This document shows positions 56,997-64,000 of a stretch of DNA of 64,000 bases, in pieces. A program made the position numbers and the translations under genes. Source of the stretch: Eukaryota sp. TZLM1-RC (lineage: Eukaryota > Protista > Metamonada: BaSk clade); the NCBI GenBank assembly GCA_040285825.1, contig JAUPSS010000001.1, positions 2,728,001-2,792,000 on the forward strand, given 5' to 3'. The notes beneath the pieces were generated by a model that did no database searches, had not been told where the DNA came from, and saw only the letters and a list, made by a program, of their open reading frames with translations. The stretch's first letter is position 1; each line of letters opens with the position of its first letter.

Positions 56997-59720
56997 TTAG
57001 TATACACTCTGCTTTCTAGTTGCTCCTTTTTGTCTACGCCCACTTTCTTCTGGAAGACTCTTTGTCAAAGTATCTAACATTTGCGTTTTCGTGAATGGTT
57101 TAAGTAGAAACCCAGTCATTCCGGCATTTAAACATTGTTTTTTAGTTTCTTCCAGGACATCGGCTGTTAAACCAACTATCGGCACAGCTTCAATGCGGTG
57201 GTGATTTTCGAAGTTTCGTAGACTGTGTGTAGTAACATCTCCTGGAGTATGCATTCTGTAATCAATTAACAGCAAATCCCATTTAAGAGGGTCCTTAGTG
57301 TACAACTCCAAAACTTTGGATCCATCGTCTACTGTTGTAAGGTCCACAGCTCCGAGTCGTTCGAAGATAATGATTGCTGTTTTTCGATTGATGGCATTGT
57401 CGTCTGCCAACAAAATCTTATACTTTTCACCATTCTTTGGAGGTTGTAGTGTCTCCTGAGACTTCCTCTTAGCGATTTCTGGAAGAGCAAGTCCAGAAGA
57501 AATGTCCAAAATACGAAGAACTTCAGAAAAAAGTAGAGGTAAAGCAAACGTGGCACAAAAGGTAGCTCGTATACCTGAGTTGACAGATCCTCTTATGGCA
57601 GGGTTAAACGTCAAGACACAATGGCAATCTTTAGATATTTTGGCATTGTTTTGCATGTACCATTCGATGGCAGTTGAGTCAGAGTAATCCATAATCAAAA
57701 TAGTAACTCCCAGTCGCTCTATTTGATTCATAGAGTCAATGGTCCATGTTATTGTCTTTGAACCAAACGATTTGAGTTGCTTTTCTATAGATTCTGCAAT
57801 CTTTTGACTAGTGTTGTGAACCATAACCGTGTGAGTGCTGTATCTGGTTGGAAAAGGTTCAAAAATAGAACCTAGATCCTTTTCCAGTGGTAGATCCACC
57901 CAAAATGTTGACCCAACATTAGGTCTAGAATCTACCTTGACTTTAGCATCCATAAGATTAGCCAGCTTCTGACTTATAGCTAACCCTAACCCCGTTCCCT
58001 TATACGTTCTACTGACTTCAGCTGAGCCCTGCACAAATGGTTTGAAAAGCGTTTTAATAACATCTTTTTCAATACCTATACCAGTATCGGAGACAGATAT
58101 CCGTATTTTGGAACAACTATCAACATTTTCTTCAATATCTCGAACATCCAGAGAGACGTGGCCTTGAGATGTGAACTTAATTGCATTACTCAGTAAATTC
58201 AAAATTATTTGCTTGATTCTTTGGGGATCACCAATAAACTTTCTATGCAACGTGGTGTCAAAAAAGTACAAACAATCAATAGTCTTTGTTGACAATGCAC
58301 TACTGCGAAAAAGACTTATACATTCATCCATGAGTGATGAAAGGTAAAAGGAAGAGCGGTCAAGTTCTATTGAGGCACTTTCTATCTTGGAATAATCTAA
58401 AATGTCATTGATTAAACTAAGCAAAACATTGCTTGAGTTTTCTATAATAGTTACCATTTCCTGTTGAGAAGGGTCTAGTTCAGTCTCTTTTAGTGCAGAT
58501 GAAAGGCCAATAATACACGTTAGGGGTGTTCTGATCTCATGAGATGTAGAAGCAAGGAACAGTGTCTTGGCTCTATCTGCTTGCTCCGCAGTCCGCTTAG
58601 ACGCTTCTAATTCCTGTTCCGTTTTTCTGGAAGCTGTTACATCTCGGAAAATCATAAGTGTGATAGACGTGTGTCGGTGATGATCCAACCGTATGACTTC
58701 CAGGTACCTGTCCAGACAAAACAAATTATAGTGCTTCTTATCTAGGATGACAGGTGATGAAGCTTCACCAGGTTCACAAAATCTTGTCATTTCGGCAATG
58801 ATACAGTTCATTGGAGCACCAACCCTTAAGGAATGTTCTTCAAAAAGTGGGATAGTTGAGTCATCATGATCTCTCACTAGCTTCTTGTTCCATAGAATTA
58901 GCTGGCTATTTTCAAATACCAATAGTCCATCATTTGTTAGATTTAATAATGTTTGAAAAAGATCAACAACTCTTTCAGTAGTTGTTATTTCCGTGATTGA
59001 AACCATAATGCTATCTACGTTACCCTCTCCATCAAAATGGGGACCAAGACCCACACAGGAGGCGAATATTGATGAATCTTTTGGCGACCGTATAACACAA
59101 CGAAATGAAGCTGGCGACTTTTGGTCGCGCACTGTTGAGATATGGCCCATTACCTCATCTGCGGGTGGAGCTAGAAATATTGAACTTATCACATCCCATG
59201 AAGTATCAACATCTAAAGGCAGAACTTCGGACCAACAGTTTTGACATTGTGCAATAGTCCAGGACGAAAGATCTAACCATAACAGTGCTTTACATGGTGA
59301 AAGTGTGATTGGTTCTTCAAGTGGGTGCTGGAGCGAGGCAATATCCTTAGAAATATTTACTCCAGAACATACCATGACCGTCAAAGCCGACCATATAACT
59401 TGCCAACGAATGTAAACCAATTTTTCATGCCTAGTTCGCATTCGAAGAACAAACGAAAGCTGTTGATGTTCTATGATATAGTCTAACACAACCAAATCTA
59501 CGTGATAAACAATGTTAGATAGTTGTGTTCCTCTTAGTCCAGGATCGGTATACTTGAGAAGTTTGAGCAAAGGTGGTGAGTAATCAACTACTTGGTTGTG
59601 ATATGTATCGATTGCAAGCATTAGAGTGCAGCTGTTCTGTATCAGTGCTGATACATTTAGTGAAGATAGTAAGGAGGACATTGAATGATCTACAGTTTGA
59701 GAATAAATTTCATTATTCAT
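56997..59720 (-). CDS. Hybrid histidine kinase (PAS-like, HisKA, HATPase, receiver)
   Basis: FLASTSHEIRTPL (H box), NLLSNAIKFT (N box), DTGIG, GTGLGL and LLADDN...IDYRM...KP. First ATG at 59720. Confidence 0.93.
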   Translation of the reverse strand: MNNEIYSQTVDHSMSSLLSSLNVSALIQNSCTLMLAIDTYHNQVVDYSPPLLKLLKYTDPGLRGTQLSNIVYHVDLVVLDYIIEHQQLSFVLRMRTRHEKLVYIRWQVIWSALTVMVCSGVNISKDIASLQHPLEEPITLSPCKALLWLDLSSWTIAQCQNCWSEVLPLDVDTSWDVISSIFLAPPADEVMGHISTVRDQKSPASFRCVIRSPKDSSIFASCVGLGPHFDGEGNVDSIMVSITEITTTERVVDLFQTLLNLTNDGLLVFENSQLILWNKKLVRDHDDSTIPLFEEHSLRVGAPMNCIIAEMTRFCEPGEASSPVILDKKHYNLFCLDRYLEVIRLDHHRHTSITLMIFRDVTASRKTEQELEASKRTAEQADRAKTLFLASTSHEIRTPLTCIIGLSSALKETELDPSQQEMVTIIENSSNVLLSLINDILDYSKIESASIELDRSSFYLSSLMDECISLFRSSALSTKTIDCLYFFDTTLHRKFIGDPQRIKQIILNLLSNAIKFTSQGHVSLDVRDIEENVDSCSKIRISVSDTGIGIEKDVIKTLFKPFVQGSAEVSRTYKGTGLGLAISQKLANLMDAKVKVDSRPNVGSTFWVDLPLEKDLGSIFEPFPTRYSTHTVMVHNTSQKIAESIEKQLKSFGSKTITWTIDSMNQIERLGVTILIMDYSDSTAIEWYMQNNAKISKDCHCVLTFNPAIRGSVNSGIRATFCATFALPLLFSEVLRILDISSGLALPEIAKRKSQETLQPPKNGEKYKILLADDNAINRKTAIIIFERLGAVDLTTVDDGSKVLELYTKDPLKWDLLLIDYRMHTPGDVTTHSLRNFENHHRIEAVPIVGLTADVLEETKKQCLNAGMTGFLLKPFTKTQMLDTLTKSLPEESGRRQKGATRKQSVY

Positions 59721-59849
59721 CCTTTGTTTTAGATAAACTGATAGAATTTTGAGATTGTTGGTTAGTTTTTGATGAAACAAATCACAAATGTTCAAATCAA
59801 CTCATTATTGGAAGATCTTCTTGTTTCATGGTGATGTTTAATAAAGTTA

Positions 59850-61541
59850 ATTTTTTTTTACAAAATTTTAATTTTATTCAAAACCTATAAATCAACATCT
59901 AAAAAATCCATCTCTCCCAAAACAAAAACACTGGATGCAACTCTCTCATAGTGAGATCCAAGAGAAAGCAAAGCATCAGAAACCATCTTCAACATCCCCT
60001 TAAAAATAGAAAACACAATTCTATTTTGCCAAAACAATCTGTTGAAATTTCTCCCAGTTCTTCTCTTTACAATCAATTCAAAATCATCCAAAAAACGTAA
60101 AGCAGTTGGTGCAAGTGAACCAAAAAGGGAAAATACAAATGGGTACAAATTGTATTTTGCATGCTGTAGACTGGCCAATTAGGACAAAGGTTCATTGTAT
60201 TTTTTGAATTTAAAATTTTCAGCATTTGAAAGGGGATTATGAATTTCAGAATTAACAAGCCTTTCATTTGAGGCATTACAAGGATCAACAGACATTACAT
60301 CCAATAAAATGAAGCTTCCATCTAATCCAGGTAATATGACATCACCTCTATTATTCTTATGAAAATCATCTTCAGCATCAAACAGATTTGACAACAGAGG
60401 TTCCAAGAAGGATTCAATTCCATGAGATTTACACATACAATATAACTGGTCTCTTACAGCATCATGAACCTTGCTTCTAAAAGTAATAAAATGTTTACAA
60501 TTTAACAAATGAGTAGTTGTAATTTCTCGAGAACATTTACAAATTAAATTATGAGGTAAATTATCAGGCCAGATAAAGGAACGAAATCTCATATTCAGAG
60601 TCCAAGCAGAATCGGATAAGAGAGTACCATAAACTTGTGGAATTCTTGTTACTAAGGCAGAAGAAGTACTGTCACACATATCTTGTAAAAGATGTGCAAA
60701 AGCGGGATTCTTTTTCTTGGCTAAGCCAAGTCTAACATCAAAATCCAAGCTTTCAATAATCTTTGACAATTTTTGTTGAAGCTTTTTTCAGCAAAACTGT
60801 AAATTAAATAGAGATCGGCTTGGAATTTCTTGAATTGATTGAGGAAAACATTTGGTCCAAATTTGTGGCGGCAATTTTTCAAGTTCACAAGATAACTCAT
60901 ACAAATAGGGACTACAATTGGGGACTAACAGATGAGAATCATCAGGAAATCTACGAGAAAATTCATAAATAAAATTTTTGCCACCACCCAAGAATGCTGA
61001 TTGACACAAAATTGAAGATTTAGTAAATCCAATACCCCCCAAATTTGCTGAAGAAAATAAGTGACTTTTCAACATTCCTGGTTCTACAGCCAATAAATCA
61101 GCAAAAAATTCTGTTCTCAATGAATTGAATGAACGACAAAAATCTAATGCTATGGAAGGAGCACAAGATCTCAAAATGTGGGTTATTCTCCCAGTGTAGC
61201 AAATTTTAAGCATGAAAAATTTAATATGCTTTTCTATATCTAAAGAAGGAATTGAATCAAGTTCAATTTTCATTTTTTCCAAAATACCTTGCAATTCATT
61301 CTGAATTTGAGGCACATTTCCTAACCAACAACCAAGGAACTTAAAAGCATCACTACTATAATTAGTAAAAGGGACAATAGAATCGTTTATCACGAGGTCT
61401 TGAGCAGAAGAGCCAATCAGAAGGCATTTGCTGGCATTAAGATGAAGCCCAATATTTTCATATGAATCGGCAATTTCTTGAGCAACCAATTCTAGTAAAT
61501 CAAATGAACCAATCAAGGATATATCATCCATATAAGCAATT
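59850..61541 (-). mobile_element. CRE-like non-LTR element, family A (5'-truncated at YMDD)
   Basis: YMDD, FKFLG, thumb and RLE motifs. Near-identical to 1680-2894. Confidence 0.92.
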
Positions 61542-61816
61542 ATTTATAAAGTTAATTTTGTAAGATTAATGAGTGGTGACATAGCATCATTTTAAAGGTG
61601 CTTTATCTTGACAATGGTTGATGAATTATATAATTAGACTGAGTGACTATGACTCCAACAGTATCAGTCTTTACTGAAGTCTCCTAATTCCAATTAACAA
61701 CTATCCCAATTGACCCAATTTGAGAACTTTGGGTTAATTAGATTTCATGCAAAACAATTGCAAAAACTGATTCAAATGTTGAATATTTAGACTATTTATC
61801 GACTCAAAAACAAAAA

Positions 61817-63542
61817 CTAACCAACGATAAGGTTATTCGCGGTCATTTCCTTTGGAATAGGAAGATCTAGAAGTGACAAAACCGTGGGTGCAATGTCAGA
61901 GAGCTTTCCCTTACCATGCTCCATAAGGTTGCGACCTTTAGCAGCTTCACCAACCCAAATAATGTCGACTGGATGAAGAGTGTGTGAAGTTTTCACCATT
62001 CCGGTGGAGTAATCAATCATCTAAGGTAAAACATAAACAAAACAAACTTGATCCGAGTTGCCATGGTCAGCAGTGATTAAAGCCTCACCACCATAATCAG
62101 TCATCCAAAAGTTAACCAATTTGCCGACACATTCATCAACAATGCCACAGGCTGTCTTGGCAGCATCAAAATTACCAGTGTGTCCAACCATACTGTGGTG
62201 AAAGATGACAAAATGCATACTCTGCGTTAGCATAGTTCACAACAACAAATTTGTAGTCCTTATCCTTGGATAACCTCTTGATGAGTTCTTCAGTGATGTT
62301 ATAGGCCTCCATTTCTGGATGAGAGGCAAAAGAAGAAGCATCAAACCTAGAAGGAACCTCTACTTGGTCTTCAAGAGGGTATGGAGTGGTACTCTTTCCA
62401 TTAAAGAAAGAAGTGACATGCCTGAACTTTTGGGTCTCGGATAATCTTAATTGCTTCAATCCGGCATTTGAAATAACTTCACCTAAAAGATTAGACATAC
62501 CAGAACCTTCAGTCATTGGGGCGATAAGGTAGTCAGCAAATTCGCTGTAATACTGAGTGAATCCAAGGTATGTAACCATGGGAGTTTCCACTTTTCCACC
62601 ATATTTTGAGCGGTCAACAAAAGCATAAGTCAGCTGGATAGCCCTATCTTGGCGGTAGTTAGTATGAATGAAGCAATCACCATTCTTTACTCCTTCGTAT
62701 CCTTGCAAAACATAAGGAGGAATGTACTCATCGGTCATCGGAGTATTGTCTGGTGTTTTGTCTTGTTCGTAGCTTTCTTCAACGGCTTCGGTTGGTTTGC
62801 TGGCCTGACGTCCATTTGCATTGACGATACAGTCCAGGGCAATGTCAGTGAGATCCCAGTTCTTTGAGCGGTCCATTGCGTAGTAACGGCCCATAAATGT
62901 ACCAATGGAGGTGTTACCAACCTCAGTCATGACTTGTTCCAGTTCTGGGGTTAATTTGAGAGAAGTAACCAACGTGCAATGTACTCCAAGGTAGATCGTG
63001 GTGGTGTATCACGACCGTCTAAGAAGGGATGAATAATCATCTTACCTTCAGGGTTCTCTTCCCTAGCACGGCGCATCATTTTGAACAGGTGATCACAATG
63101 TGCATGGACACCTTCGTCTTGCAACAATCCACACAAATGGAGAGTAGATCCATTCTTTTTCCAGTCTTCGATCATGGAATTCCACTTAGGTTGAGACCAT
63201 AGTTCGCCAGATGCACACATGTCGTCAATACGTTTAAGTTCTTGTACAACACTAGAATGAGGAAACAATGGATGATACTTACACTCTCTAAGATGAGTGA
63301 AAAGAGACAAAAGATACTCCAGCACCGATATTTAAGTGACCGGTTTCAGAACTACCTTGGAAGCCAGCAGGTAAACCGACATATTCACCATCAGTACGAA
63401 TGGTAGTCCATGGGTAAGACTGTTTCCATAAGTTGTTATTGGGAGTTTTTCCCTCAGTTGAGGCAGCAGCGATGGCATTACCACGATTCTCATCGTTGGA
63501 TCCCCAACCATCTCTAATGACAAGAAGTACCGGCTTAGACAT
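61817..63542 (-). CDS. gpmI: 2,3-bisphosphoglycerate-independent phosphoglycerate mutase; introns at 63288-63317, 63252-63282, 62945-62973, 62193-62220 and 62021-62047
   Basis: [48 protein letters not shown] and DIAPT. Five 27-31 nt GT-AG introns restore the motifs. Confidence 0.95.
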
Positions 63543-63593
63543 CGATCAATAAATGTAGAGTAGAGGTTTGGATAATTTTGGAAGTCTTCTACG

Positions 63594-63823
63594 GTGAATT
63601 TCACTAATCATGCATTCCCCTGTGAAATTCACTCCTGTTTTCAACTCCCTCAGTGTCTACTCACAGGCTGTAAGAGACATGTAGCATCATTTGACAAAGA
63701 CAATCATGATCTTCATCAATGGGCTACCTCACTTAAATACACCTACTGCTTTCACAGAACAAAGCCTCGCGACTTGATGTATCTAAGTGGATCTACCAAA
63801 TGCTACTAGGGCATTTGTAGATC
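63594..63823 (-). ncRNA. Long omegaRNA-like right end, copy 2 (complete)
   Basis: Follows a Fanzor C-terminus. Five stem domains, the last a perfect 11-bp stem GTGAATTTCAC/GTGAAATTCAC. Confidence 0.78.
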
Positions 63824-63864
63824 GGTCTCAAAAGTTTTTGTTTCTGTATGCTCAGGTTCGCCAT

Positions 63865-64000
63865 TCATCTTCTCAACAGAGCATCTGGGCAAATGTATCT
63901 TTCAGGCCACAATTCCGCTTTCTTCTTAATTTGAATATTTTTTGCAGCGGAAATATCTCTGTCATATACTATTTGACACTCAGTACAAATACGCATCTGC
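63865..64000 (-). CDS. C-terminus of a Fanzor/TnpB-like protein, F6 (continues beyond the window; not in the ORF track)
   Basis: QMRICTECQIVYDRDISAAKNIQIKKKAELWPERYICPDALLRR*, a Zn-finger half plus RuvC-III. Confidence 0.85.
   Translation of the reverse strand, partial: QMRICTECQIVYDRDISAAKNIQIKKKAELWPERYICPDALLRR

Noticed and set aside
6770-62920. Many short antisense or alternative-frame ORFs and TTG/GTG starts in the ORF track
   Set aside because: They are shadows of real genes or TEs with no motifs. Eukaryotic ATG starts were used instead.
49775-63542. Bacterial origin or contamination (RtcB, histidine kinase, iPGM)
   Set aside because: RtcB and iPGM contain spliceosomal introns, and the neighbours are eukaryote-specific genes and TEs.
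1-64000. Stop-codon reassignment explaining the broken TE ORFs
   Set aside because: Host genes are long and open in the standard code and end in TAA, TAG or TGA at expected positions (for example RtcB IKG-TAA). TE breaks include frameshifts.

Overview
Eukaryotic, AT-rich, compact protist DNA in the standard genetic code, with very short (27-32 nt) GT-AG introns. Centriole genes suggest a flagellate; a free-living metamonad-like organism is only a guess. About 15 host genes lie here, including CEP192, an exportin-5-like karyopherin, WDR4/Trm82, TEX9, RtcB, an IntS11/CPSF73-family nuclease, a hybrid histidine kinase, iPGM and two F-box/LRR-like genes. Between them are dense patchworks of mobile DNA: at least seven families of CRE-clade non-LTR retrotransposons (RT plus restriction-like endonuclease), often nested; two hAT elements with TIRs and 8-bp TSDs; a gag-only LTR element; degraded family-B DNA polymerase fragments; and six loci of Fanzor (eukaryotic TnpB-like) sequence from several divergent families. 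None of the five fully visible Fanzor loci is intact, and the sixth is cut by the window edge. The main unexplained signal is at the Fanzor right ends. They carry structured omegaRNA-like sequence, appear to end in TCA(Y), and in five of six loci sit 4-140 nt upstream of a co-oriented host start codon. Two divergent Fanzors end in an identical 19-mer placed exactly 4 nt before the ATG of two unrelated host genes. Another family has a roughly 230-nt multi-hairpin RNA present in two 97%-identical copies with different guide-position flanks. All family calls come from motif recognition by eye; no searches were run.
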